From positions 480,001 to 544,000 of the forward strand of contig OY843584.1 of the NCBI GenBank assembly GCA_963692915.1: a stretch of DNA of 64,000 nucleotides, given 5' to 3'. Below the pieces are notes generated by a model. That model saw only the letters and a program-made list of their open reading frames with translations, had not been told where the DNA came from and did not search any database. Below are positions 39,530-48,663 of this stretch, one piece after another; positions within the stretch are counted from its first letter, which is position 1, and the number at the start of each line of letters is the position of its first letter. The position numbers and the translations under genes are program-made. Source of the stretch: Cenarchaeum sp. GTDB lineage: Archaea; Thermoproteota; Nitrososphaeria; Nitrososphaerales; Nitrosopumilaceae.

Positions 39530-40483
39530 ATGGCCGGCGAACCCCTGCTGCGCATGAGCGGCGTCTCAAAGTCGTTTCTCGGCGCGCGCGGGGGCACCGT
39601 GGATGCAGTGCGCGACGTCTCCGTCGAGGTCTCACGCGGCGAGATACTCGTGCTGGCCGGCGAGTCTGGTTCGGGCAAGTCAACGCTGGCCAGGCTGATT
39701 CTTGGGGCCGAGAGGCGCGACTCGGGAAGCATGACGTTTGCGGGTCGCGAGATCGGCCAAGGTGCGGCTGACATGTCATACGTGCGGAGGCGCTGCTCGT
39801 TCGTTCAGCAGGATCCGTACGACTCGCTAAACCCGCGCATGGCACTCGATGAGATCGTCGCCGAGCCGCTCGAAGCGCACAAAATCGGCAATGACCATGA
39901 GAGGCGCGCGATCGCCACATCGACGCTCGCATCCGTTGGCCTCGAGCCGGCCGCCGAGTTTGCAGCGCGCCTCCCGCACGAGCTCTCCGGCGGACAGCGC
40001 CAGCGCGTGGCCATAGCGCGTGCGCTGTCCACAAAGCCAGACCTGATAGTGGCCGACGAGCCCGTCTCGATGCTTGACGTGTCCGTGCGGGCCGAGGTTC
40101 TCGGACTCATGCGCGAGCTGCGCGACTCGCGAGGCGTGGCGTTTGTCTATATCACGCACGACCTGGCAACTGCGCGCTACCTTGGGGACACGCTGGCACT
40201 CATGTACCACGGACGTATAGTTGAGCACGGACCGGTCACGCGCGTTCTCCAAAGTCCACGCCATCCGTACACGCGAGCACTCATCGATGCGCTTCCGTCC
40301 GCTGAGCGCCACGCGCGCATGGACGCGCCGGTCATGGCCTGCGACGCTGCAACCAGCGGGTGCGCGTTTCGCCCCCAGTGCGCACATGCCATAGACGAGT
40401 GCAAGAATGTGCCGACCCTCCAAAGGCGCAGTGGCGAGTGGGATGTCGCGTGCTTTGCGCCTTTGGACAGCGCGGACGACTAG
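39530..40483 (+). CDS. Oligopeptide/dipeptide ABC transporter ATPase (OppF/DppF-like)
   Basis: GESGSGKSTL, QDPYDSLNPR, PHELSGGQRQR, ADEPVSMLD, ITHDL, HPYT, C-terminal GC.F..C...C Fe-S motif. Confidence 0.9.
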   Translation: MAGEPLLRMSGVSKSFLGARGGTVDAVRDVSVEVSRGEILVLAGESGSGKSTLARLILGAERRDSGSMTFAGREIGQGAADMSYVRRRCSFVQQDPYDSLNPRMALDEIVAEPLEAHKIGNDHERRAIATSTLASVGLEPAAEFAARLPHELSGGQRQRVAIARALSTKPDLIVADEPVSMLDVSVRAEVLGLMRELRDSRGVAFVYITHDLATARYLGDTLALMYHGRIVEHGPVTRVLQSPRHPYTRALIDALPSAERHARMDAPVMACDAATSGCAFRPQCAHAIDECKNVPTLQRRSGEWDVACFAPLDSADD

Positions 40484-43400
40484 GCAGCAACCCGCTGCGC
40501 GTGGCGATCCTTGTACACTACTACATGCGAGACGCCGTTCTTGGGGTAGACGCCGTATATGAGGCCGGCCCTCTTCACGACAGAGTCCTTGAGCGAGACG
40601 GCGATAAACTGGCTCTCGCCTGCCCGCTCGGCAAGTATCTTTGAGAGCCTCTCGGAGTTTGGGGTGTCAAGGTGCGCGTCGACCTCGTCGAACAGGTAAA
40701 ACGGTGAGGGCTTTAGCTTTTGCAGCGCAAGGACGAACACTATGGCGGCCAGTGACTTTTCCCCGCCGCTTATGGACGCCGAGTCGCGCTTTGGCTTGTT
40801 TGGGAACTGTATGATATACGATATGCCTGAATTGAATATGTCGTCCTCATTTTGCAGCTCTATCCACGCGTTGCCGCCGGTCATCTTTTCAAATGTCCGG
40901 CGTATCTCGCCCTCCACGGTGTCAAACGCGTCGAGGAATGTCTGGCGCTTTTCCTTCTCGACACCCTCGATAAAGCTCACAATGCCGTTCCTCTCTGCCT
41001 CAAGTGAGTTCTTTTTGGCCGACGTCTCGCGGTATCCGCCTGACACCTCGATGTACTTTGCTGGCGCACCGGCGTTTAGGCTAGTCATCGCGTCAAGCTC
41101 CGATCGCAGTGCGCGCAGGAGCGGCGCGACATCAACGTCACCTGCGTCCTCATCCACGCTGTGCGCTGCGCATACCCTGCGCAGGGTCGTCTCACTTGAT
41201 GCCAGGTCATCCAAGTCACGCCGCAGCGCGTCCTCTTGCCGCTGCGCCGATCCGATGTCCCTGCCGATCGAGCGCTCGCGCTCGCGCATCTTGTCGAGCC
41301 TTGCGTCATACTCGGACAATCGCGAGACGGATGCGCCCGAGGTTGATATGAGCTCCTGCTCGCGCTCGCGCATACTTACAACCCTGGCCTCGCGCTCAGA
41401 CGCGTGTGATTGGAGCTCGGAGACTCGTGCCTCGATGTCAGACTGCTCGGCGGCCAGCTCGGAGCGTTCGGCCTCTAGTCGACTGATCGTCATGTCAGCC
41501 CGCTCCACGGCAGCCTCGGCGGCCGTCAGCCTAGATGACACCTCGCGCTCCTCGGAGAGCGCCAGCCTGTCCTCATCCTCCAGCTCTGCCTTTTTCTCGC
41601 CGAGGCGCGTGACCTCGCCGGCTATTGCGTCATGTCCGTCACCACGCTCTGACCTTATCGCCGATATCCTTGCGTCAAGCTCCTTTACTACAGGCTCTAG
41701 GCGCGCCACCTCGCTTTTGGCGTACTCGAGCCTCTGCGCAAGCCTTGCGTTCTGCTCGTCAATCCGCCCGACGACGCGCCTTGCGCCCCCGATCTTTGCC
41801 ACGAGGTCATCGTGCGTGCTCTTTGATGTCGCAATGCCTGACTCGTGAGTCGCAAGCCTCGTGCGCGCGTGCTGCATGGCCACTTCCATGCGCAACAGCA
41901 CTGCCCTCTTTTTTTCTGCATAGCGCTTTATCATGCCTATTGACTGGAGTAGGCCATCAACGGTGGCCCCCATCGATATTCGCTTTGTCAGGTCAGTTAT
42001 CCTCGAGCCCGCATCCATGATCGACGCTGAGGCGCCCGGCTCAAAGAGCTCCCCGTCAAGTGTCACTGCCCTGTGGCCTGCTGCTGCCAGCCTGCGCGCA
42101 GCATCCCTCGAGCCTGCAAGCGCGACGTTCCCAAAGAGAAACTCCACTATCACCGCATGGCGGCGATCGCACTTTATGTGGTCGGCAAGCAGCCCGTCTG
42201 AGCCCTCGGGAGCCACCGGCCTTGATCTGGCCATGCCGCCCAGCGCGATCACCTTTAGGCGTGACATGCCCTGCGAGCGCGCATACTCGGTGATGCCGAC
42301 CATGGTGTCGATGTCTCTTGTGACTATGGCCTTGAGCCATTCTGAGCCTGCCGCAAGCACGGCGCGCTCGTAGGCCGGCTCCCACGAGACCATCTCGTAT
42401 GCGACTCCCTCGATCCCGATCTTGCCAGCATTCTCCCTGAGGCGCGATACCGAATAGTCCTCATGCATTATGCCCTTTATGATCTTCATCTTTGCCCTGT
42501 ACCGCGTTGCGGCTCTCTCGGATTTTGTGACTATGGTGCCGAGCTCCTCGATGTCCTGCATGATCTGGGTTCTTTTGGCCTCTAGCGTCTCAATTCGCTC
42601 GCGCACGTCTGCGTGTGACCTTGTGTGGTAGGATATCACGCGCAAAAGTCGCGAGTCTATGGACTCGAGTCTTGCAATGTCCTCGGCAATCGCCTTGCGC
42701 CTTGACGCGTTGGCCGACGATCTCGCGTCAATCTCGCCCATCTCCCTCTTTAGGTTTGATGCTGACAGCGCGTCGGCATCGCGCGCGTCAGTGGCCTCCT
42801 TTGCCCTGCGCTCCGAGTCTGCTGCGCGCTCTGAAATCTCGGCGTGGCGTTGCAGTGCTTCGGCTAGCGCCGTGCCGCTCTCCTCTAGCCTGCCGCCGAT
42901 ACCCTTTCTCCTCTCGCCAACTGTGTCAAGTGACTTGCGCAGCGCATCGGCGTTTAGGACGGCCTCGCCTCGTTCCGCAGATGCGGACTTGACCTCAGTG
43001 TCGATCGCCGGAAGCCTGGCGCGTATGTGCGCAGCGCGGCGCTCGGCCACTGCCACGGCGCCCTTTGCCTCCTCGACCATTCGGTACGCCTCGGCTAGCT
43101 CTGTGTCGACCTCTGCCCTTGCGCGGCTGTGCGCATCGGCCTTTGCGGCAAACTCGGCCTTTTCTGCCTCGAGTGCGGCCATCTCTACGGCTAGCGCCGT
43201 GCCCTCCTCGCGTTTCAGGCGTATGCGCTCGGCGACGAGTCTGGCCTCCTCGTCCTTTGCGGCCCTATCTGCCACAACGCCCCTGAGGCGCGCTGCGGCA
43301 TCTATGGCGTTGAGGCGCGATATCTCGGTCTCTAGCGCGCCATGGCGCAGAAACGCGTTGCGCTCGGCTTCCAGGTCATCAATGTACTTTTTGACCTCGC

Positions 43401-43992
43401 CCATCTTTGTCAGCGCAATCTCGAGCCGGTGGTCGGCATCACTGAGCTGCTTTTGCGCCTCTTGCTTTTTTTCGTCAAAGTACGACAGGCCGACGAGATC
43501 CTCAATCGCCTTTCGCTTCTCCTCGGGGGTGAACTCGGATATCTTGGTCACGGTTCCCTGCTGGAGCGCATTGAGCTGGTTGAGACCCGCATTTGCCATG
43601 TCGAGGAGATCCAGCACGTGGCCGCGCTGCGACTTTTTCTTGTTCACATAGTATGTGTTCTCCCCCGAACTGTCCATCTCGCGCGTTATCTCCACAGAGT
43701 CCGAACTGATGGGAATCTTGCGATCCGAGTTGTCAAAGACGATGCTCGACCTGGCTATCCTCGGCCCCCTGCGCTGGCCGTCAATGTCGTGTATGAGGGA
43801 TCGCAGCTTGTCGACCCTCATCATCCTGGGCTTGTTCTCGCCCATGGCAAATATGATCGCATCAAGTATGTTGCTCTTGCCGCTCCCATTGGGCCCTGAT
43901 ATTGACACGAGACCTGGCCTAAAGTCTACTGTCGTGGTTCTAAACCCAAACGACTTGAAGCCAAAGATCTCTACCTTCTTTATGTGAACCAC
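40480..43992 (-). CDS. smc: Chromosome segregation protein SMC
   Basis: GFKSF, GPNGSGKSN, QQG, coiled coils, hinge (VTLDGE), SGGEKSL, PFYLFDEVDAHLD. Confidence 0.96.
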   Translation of the reverse strand: MVHIKKVEIFGFKSFGFRTTTVDFRPGLVSISGPNGSGKSNILDAIIFAMGENKPRMMRVDKLRSLIHDIDGQRRGPRIARSSIVFDNSDRKIPISSDSVEITREMDSSGENTYYVNKKKSQRGHVLDLLDMANAGLNQLNALQQGTVTKISEFTPEEKRKAIEDLVGLSYFDEKKQEAQKQLSDADHRLEIALTKMGEVKKYIDDLEAERNAFLRHGALETEISRLNAIDAAARLRGVVADRAAKDEEARLVAERIRLKREEGTALAVEMAALEAEKAEFAAKADAHSRARAEVDTELAEAYRMVEEAKGAVAVAERRAAHIRARLPAIDTEVKSASAERGEAVLNADALRKSLDTVGERRKGIGGRLEESGTALAEALQRHAEISERAADSERRAKEATDARDADALSASNLKREMGEIDARSSANASRRKAIAEDIARLESIDSRLLRVISYHTRSHADVRERIETLEAKRTQIMQDIEELGTIVTKSERAATRYRAKMKIIKGIMHEDYSVSRLRENAGKIGIEGVAYEMVSWEPAYERAVLAAGSEWLKAIVTRDIDTMVGITEYARSQGMSRLKVIALGGMARSRPVAPEGSDGLLADHIKCDRRHAVIVEFLFGNVALAGSRDAARRLAAAGHRAVTLDGELFEPGASASIMDAGSRITDLTKRISMGATVDGLLQSIGMIKRYAEKKRAVLLRMEVAMQHARTRLATHESGIATSKSTHDDLVAKIGGARRVVGRIDEQNARLAQRLEYAKSEVARLEPVVKELDARISAIRSERGDGHDAIAGEVTRLGEKKAELEDEDRLALSEEREVSSRLTAAEAAVERADMTISRLEAERSELAAEQSDIEARVSELQSHASEREARVVSMREREQELISTSGASVSRLSEYDARLDKMRERERSIGRDIGSAQRQEDALRRDLDDLASSETTLRRVCAAHSVDEDAGDVDVAPLLRALRSELDAMTSLNAGAPAKYIEVSGGYRETSAKKNSLEAERNGIVSFIEGVEKEKRQTFLDAFDTVEGEIRRTFEKMTGGNAWIELQNEDDIFNSGISYIIQFPNKPKRDSASISGGEKSLAAIVFVLALQKLKPSPFYLFDEVDAHLDTPNSERLSKILAERAGESQFIAVSLKDSVVKRAGLIYGVYPKNGVSHVVVYKDRHAQRVAA

Positions 43993-44085
43993 GCCGAGCC
44001 CACGCCTAGCGCCTAGCTCAATATTGCTTTATTGACAACATTAGCTGACAAAATCCGTAATGGTGCGCACCGCAAGCCGCCGCGC

Positions 44086-44406
44086 CTAGCTGTCCTGCTC
44101 TTCGGCGATCTTTGCGGTGATCGAGGAGATCTCGCCAAGAATCTCCCTTCTTGCCTCAGCGTCGCCCTCTGCAGCGAGGCGTCCTGTGAGCTCCACTAGC
44201 CTCCCCTCCAGATTGCCGTGCCGTGGCGCACCGGCACCCTCGCCCGGAGCCTTCCTAGAGGCGTCCGGCTCGCTTTGGCACGATGAGCAGAACGCGTGAC
44301 CCCCCTTCATGACGCGCACGCCCTTGCAGTACGGGCACGGCTCGCTGACCATCCTGGCACCGCCAAGGAGCATCTCGGCGGCCTTTTTGACGGCGTCATC
44401 GGCCAT
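44086..44406 (-). CDS. Zn-ribbon protein, autoantigen p27 (SSSCA1)-like
   Basis: AAEMLLGGARM.SEPCPYC...FCSSC followed by a short helical tail. Confidence 0.75.
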   Translation of the reverse strand: MADDAVKKAAEMLLGGARMVSEPCPYCKGVRVMKGGHAFCSSCQSEPDASRKAPGEGAGAPRHGNLEGRLVELTGRLAAEGDAEARREILGEISSITAKIAEEQDS

Positions 44407-44518
44407 GTCCGTCCGGCAGGCCAACTGGCTTAAAAGCTCGACGGCAGCCATGATCGCAGTAGGCACGGGCATCCCAACAAGGCTTAATAGTGCGCACGCC
44501 TCCCCTCTTCATGTACGC

Positions 44519-44827
44519 ATGGCAGTGATCTGTAGCACGTGTGGACTCCCCGAAGATCTTTGCGCGTGCGGCGAGCTCGCCAAGGACAGCGCCAAGATTA
44601 TCGTTAGGCTTGAGACGCGCAGATTCAAGAAAAAGGGCACAATGATCGAGGGTCTTGACCCAAAGATGGGAAACCTCGAGGGCGTTGCGCGCGAGCTAAA
44701 GGCAAAGTACGCATGCGGTGGAACCGCAAAGGAGGGCTATGTGTTTCTGCAGGGCGACCACAGGGACACGATCAAAGAAGCGCTTGTGGGACTCGGATTT
44801 ACCGAGTCGGCCATCGAGCTGCACTAG
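44519..44827 (+). CDS. Translation initiation factor SUI1 (aIF-1)
   Basis: CSTCGLPEDLC, K..T.IEGL, LK.KYACGGT, LQGDHR. Confidence 0.92.
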   Translation: MAVICSTCGLPEDLCACGELAKDSAKIIVRLETRRFKKKGTMIEGLDPKMGNLEGVARELKAKYACGGTAKEGYVFLQGDHRDTIKEALVGLGFTESAIELH

Positions 44828-44844
44828 GGGACGGGTGTCCTGCA

Positions 44845-45798
44845 ATGCGGCGCCCTGCGCTGCGCGCGCTTGGCCTACCGCATGCGGCCCTATCCTCCAC
44901 ACTCGTTGCGCTCATGCTCGCCTCGTTGCCAATGGGCGCGTATGTCATGTTCAGCTCTGCTGACGTGGGCGATGAGCTTGACGGCGTAGAGTTTACGCTT
45001 GGCGGTCTTCGAGTGTCCCTGCCTGTTGGCCCGACTGTCGGATATGCCCTGGCCGCACTATGGTGCGTGTACGCAGCAATGCTGGGCATCGCCCTCGTCG
45101 GCCCGCGCGTTGGGTTTGCCGGTGCCGTCATGCGAATTGCCGCCGGCCAGGGCAACGGCGCATGGCTGCACACAAGCGCAATGGCCGCCGTGGCAAGCTG
45201 GTTTGCGGTTCTCATACTGGTGTCTGCTGCAATCAACGCCGTGCAGTCCAGCCAGGGCATCGAGATCGAGCCACCCGAGTACGGCAATGACCTCTTGCGC
45301 CTGTATGACGCCACACGCGCGCCGATAGCCGAGGAGGTGGGATTTCGCATGCTGCTCATTGGCGTACCGCTTGCCGTAATCTGCATGAGGCACATGCCTG
45401 TCACACGCGCACTGCGATCGCTCCTGCACCCATATGCGTCACTAGATGGGCACGGCTCGCGCATTGCAGTCGCACTTGTAATTGCAGTTGCAGTCCTCTT
45501 TGGCGTGCTTCACGTTGTTGGCGACGGCACGTGGAGCCCAGGCAAGGCGACCCAGGCCACCGCTGCCGGAGTTATACTCGGATGGGTCTACTATCGCCAC
45601 GGCCTGCTTGTCGCAATACTAGTTCACTGGGCAGCCAACTATTTTGTCCTTGCGTTCTTGTACTTTGTGTCAGGCTCCGCAGGAGACGTTGCCGCCGCAT
45701 CGTTACACCCTGCGGCAGTTGCGCTTGAGGTACTACTCGTAGTTTCAGGAGCCGTTGCCCTTGTCATGATCTCCCTTGGAAGAGGACGCCTCCTCTAG
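44845..45798 (+). CDS. CPBP (CAAX/Abi) family intramembrane glutamic endopeptidase
   Basis: PIAEEVGFR, LFGVLH, LVHWAAN motifs in a multi-TM protein. Confidence 0.85.
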   Translation: MRRPALRALGLPHAALSSTLVALMLASLPMGAYVMFSSADVGDELDGVEFTLGGLRVSLPVGPTVGYALAALWCVYAAMLGIALVGPRVGFAGAVMRIAAGQGNGAWLHTSAMAAVASWFAVLILVSAAINAVQSSQGIEIEPPEYGNDLLRLYDATRAPIAEEVGFRMLLIGVPLAVICMRHMPVTRALRSLLHPYASLDGHGSRIAVALVIAVAVLFGVLHVVGDGTWSPGKATQATAAGVILGWVYYRHGLLVAILVHWAANYFVLAFLYFVSGSAGDVAAASLHPAAVALEVLLVVSGAVALVMISLGRGRLL

Positions 45799-46506
45799 TC
45801 GATCAATCTCGTGCTTTAGCCCCTTGTACCTGTTCCGGATGGTCACCTCGGTGACATAGGCTGCGCGTGCAATGTTCTTTTGCGTCTCGTGCTCACGCAG
45901 CCTGGTGCATGCGAGGTACAGTGCGGCAGCCGCAAGCCCCATGGGATCCTTTCCAGCCGAGATGCCGCCAGTCTTGCTCTTTTTGAGCAACATTGCGGCC
46001 TCTTTGCGAACGGCCTTTGTGAGTCCGGCGTTGTCTGATATGCGCTCTATGCACTCTGTTGCGTCAACAACGGGCATTGTGATGTCCAGCTCGCGCAGCA
46101 TGAGCCTATAGCAGCGCGATATGTCCTTTCTTGTCGTGTTGCATGCCTGCTGTATGTCCTTTAGCGTGACCTGCGCGCCGCATGCACGACATGCCGCATA
46201 GAACGCCGAAGCTGTCAGCGCGGCTATCGAGCGGCCGCGCACAAGGCTCTTCTCTATTGACATGCGGTATATCTCGTGTGCCTTGTCCATGACGTCATCG
46301 CTCACCTGCAGCGTGTCCCTTAGCGCCTCTAGCTCAATCTCGGCCTGCCGGTAGTTTCGCTCAAGCGATCGCGGCGAACCGCTTGCGGGACTGTTATCTG
46401 AGCCACTGTGTTCCTTTGTCCGCCTTGCCTTGCCCGCCTTGCCTTTTGGGCTCGCCTTGCTGACCTTGCCTTTAGAGCCGGCCTTGCTGCCCCCTGAGCC
46501 TTTCAT
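45745..46506 (-). CDS. tfb: TFB paralogue lacking the Zn ribbon, with Lys/Gly/Ser-rich N-terminal tail
   Basis: ERN...A..E, LVRGRS, GKDPMGLAAAALY, VTEVTIRNRYK. No CxxC upstream. TATA-like TTTTTAAG about 27 bp before ATG 46506. Confidence 0.88.
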   Translation of the reverse strand: MKGSGGSKAGSKGKVSKASPKGKAGKARRTKEHSGSDNSPASGSPRSLERNYRQAEIELEALRDTLQVSDDVMDKAHEIYRMSIEKSLVRGRSIAALTASAFYAACRACGAQVTLKDIQQACNTTRKDISRCYRLMLRELDITMPVVDATECIERISDNAGLTKAVRKEAAMLLKKSKTGGISAGKDPMGLAAAALYLACTRLREHETQKNIARAAYVTEVTIRNRYKGLKHEIDRLEEASSSKGDHDKGNGS

Positions 46507-46557
46507 TACGATCAGCACGTTCATGCCATGACTTAAAAATCTGATCACTGGTATGGC

Positions 46558-46671
46558 GTATGGGGTCAGCACCCCCACGCTCATTTGGCCAAATAGGCGT
46601 GATCCTGTCGATCTACTTGCCACTTTGGCTCTCGTCTAGGCATGAACGGGCCAGGGGCGCTGGCCTCATAC
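46558..46671 (+). mobile_element. 114-bp IS66-derived MITE-like element
   Basis: Left end gtatggggtcagcaccccc...tttggccaaataggcgtgatcctgtcgatc matches 28130-28185. Right end ggcgctggcctcatac matches the IS66 right TIR with 2 mismatches. No TSD visible. Confidence 0.75.
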
Positions 46672-46720
46672 CGGCGATCACTCAATAGGTTTTTAAGATA
46701 AAACGAGCGCATGGCTCCTC

Positions 46721-46888
46721 GTGAGCAAGAAGAGCAAGGGCGCACCGTTGCCGGCATCTAGCGCCGGACTCCTGCGCTTCTTTGAGGACGAGACAAAGGG
46801 CTTCAAGGTGGATCCCAAGATCGTCGTCTCGATTCCAATAAGCCTAATCGTCGTGTCCTGGCTGATCGACATATTCCTTTCCCCATGA
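46721..46888 (+). CDS. secG: Preprotein translocase subunit Sec61beta (not in ORF track, 55 aa)
   Basis: Hand translation MSKKSKGAPLPASSAGLLRFFEDETKGFKVDPKIVVSIPISLIVVSWLIDIFLSP. TATA TTTTTAAG at 46690. Confidence 0.9.
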   Translation: MSKKSKGAPLPASSAGLLRFFEDETKGFKVDPKIVVSIPISLIVVSWLIDIFLSP

Positions 46889-46895
46889 TGGGATA

Positions 46896-48644
46896 ATGAG
46901 CGCCCCGACTGACAACGTCCACAGCATCCACAGATGGCACACGCTCACCCTCATAAACCCGTCCTCGCACAGGCAGTCATTCGTATTCTCCTTGGCGATT
47001 ACGGCAACGCTTGCGCTCGCTGTGCACTTTTCGTACGTGGAGCCTGGAGATTTGCTGGCCGTGCACGTAGTCGCCGCCATGGCGATCCTGCCCGCAACTC
47101 AGCTTGCCGACATGCTCGTGATAAGAAACCGCGAGCACTCAAAGTCAATACACCTGTCTCTGTTTGGCACCGCAACATGGCTTGTGGCCGCGTCTGCAGG
47201 AGTTGGGGCCGCGACCATACTCGGGAGGGATGTGATCCCATCACAGTACCTCGTCGTCGGAATGTTCGTCTTTGCCGCCTTTAGGATTGGAATGCTCACG
47301 TCTGTCCTGGGTGTCAGCCTGCGCAAGGCATGGATGGTGTGCGCAATACAGCCACTCGCGCTATTTTTCGCCATCGTGCCGCCTGGTATGTGGAGCATGC
47401 TTTACGAGCCGGTATCGCTTGCGTTTGGCGCAATATTTCTTGCCATGGCAACTGTGTGGTCGACGCTGACTGACAGGGCTGGCAGGCCGCCGCTGCACAG
47501 CACGCATGAGGTGATCCAGGCATATCTCATGTCTATTCGGCGTGATCACTCGGAAATGGAGACGCTGCTTGAGCGCCATTCGCACCCTCTTGACGTCTCG
47601 ACTACACAGCTCCGCCTTCGCAGCAATGACGCCTCGACTGACATGCGACTTGTGCTGCCAGACGTGCATCCCGGCCCCTACCATCCGGTGGGGGGGAGCA
47701 ACATACCGTATCTCATATACGAACGGCTCGACTCCTCGGCAATGGTGATGCACAGCGTCTCCAACCACACGCACAACCTGCCATCGCGCGGGGAGGTCAC
47801 GAGATACCTCGACTCCCTTGAGTCTAGCACAGTGGCCATGTCTGGCTCCCTGTGCACGGAACCGGTGACAGCAAGGGTCAACCGTGCGCGCGCCATAGGG
47901 GTGATGTTTGAGGGCAGCGCGCTGCTCGTCCTGTCTCTCTCGCCACATGGGATGGAAGACCTGCCCACGCGCGTAAAGACGGCGATCGAGGGGCATGCGC
48001 GCAAGGTCGGCATCGAGCGCGTTATGGTCATCGACTCGCATAACGCAATGGGCGCAGAGATATCCGGAGATGACGAGGATGACATGCTCGCAGCAGCGCG
48101 CTCATGCCTTGACTCCCTGAGGGGCAAGCCAATGCACCAAATGGAGGTGGGATATGCCAACTCTGCGGGAATGGACGTTGAGGCACCAGACCTTGGCATG
48201 GGCGGACTCGGGGTGCTCTGCCTAAAGGTGAGCGGCAAGGAGCACTTTTTGGCGTGGGCAGACGCAAACAACATGGAGAACGGCATGCGCGAGCACATTG
48301 TGAGCGCGCTTGCCGATGACGGTCTGGACCTCCTTGACATCTGCACGTCAGACACGCACTTTTCACGCACGACGGTGAGGACAAAGAACGGGTACTATCA
48401 GTTTGGGGCCGTGACTCCGCGGACCGTGGCCTCGTCGTGGCTGCTGGAGATTGCGCGGCGCGCAAGGGTGTCGGCCAGCAGTGCCTCATTTGAGGTCCTG
48501 GTCGCCAGCGCACGCGTGCGAATCATGGGCGAAAAGGTCTTTGAGGACTATTCTGCTGCGCTCTACAGGGCGCTTGGGCTCACAAAGGCCCTCTCGGCTC
48601 TCGGATTTGGCGTGTTTATTGCAAGCTTTGTGCTCGTTCCATAG
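46896..48644 (+). CDS. DUF2070-family membrane protein
   Basis: N-terminal TM bundle, PDVHPGP..P.GGSN.P, H....H..N, IDSHN, DANNM, CTSDTH. Confidence 0.85.
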   Translation: MSAPTDNVHSIHRWHTLTLINPSSHRQSFVFSLAITATLALAVHFSYVEPGDLLAVHVVAAMAILPATQLADMLVIRNREHSKSIHLSLFGTATWLVAASAGVGAATILGRDVIPSQYLVVGMFVFAAFRIGMLTSVLGVSLRKAWMVCAIQPLALFFAIVPPGMWSMLYEPVSLAFGAIFLAMATVWSTLTDRAGRPPLHSTHEVIQAYLMSIRRDHSEMETLLERHSHPLDVSTTQLRLRSNDASTDMRLVLPDVHPGPYHPVGGSNIPYLIYERLDSSAMVMHSVSNHTHNLPSRGEVTRYLDSLESSTVAMSGSLCTEPVTARVNRARAIGVMFEGSALLVLSLSPHGMEDLPTRVKTAIEGHARKVGIERVMVIDSHNAMGAEISGDDEDDMLAAARSCLDSLRGKPMHQMEVGYANSAGMDVEAPDLGMGGLGVLCLKVSGKEHFLAWADANNMENGMREHIVSALADDGLDLLDICTSDTHFSRTTVRTKNGYYQFGAVTPRTVASSWLLEIARRARVSASSASFEVLVASARVRIMGEKVFEDYSAALYRALGLTKALSALGFGVFIASFVLVP

Positions 48645-48663
48645 GGTCGCGCGAGCGGCGGCG

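Noticed and set aside
39532-39774. Long N-terminal extension of egtD in the ORF track
   Set aside because: It overlaps the oppF-like gene on the opposite strand as an antisense shadow.
40742-43651. Long plus-strand Ser-rich ORFs opposite smc
   Set aside because: Antisense shadows of the Glu/Ala/Arg-rich coiled-coil coding sequence.
44845-45798. Abi anti-phage function for the CPBP protease
   Set aside because: The family name is historical, the context is housekeeping, and there are no defence neighbours.
46507-46623. N-terminal extension of the second TFB in the ORF track
   Set aside because: It spans the gene's TATA element and the IS66-derived MITE and contains no Zn-ribbon cysteines.
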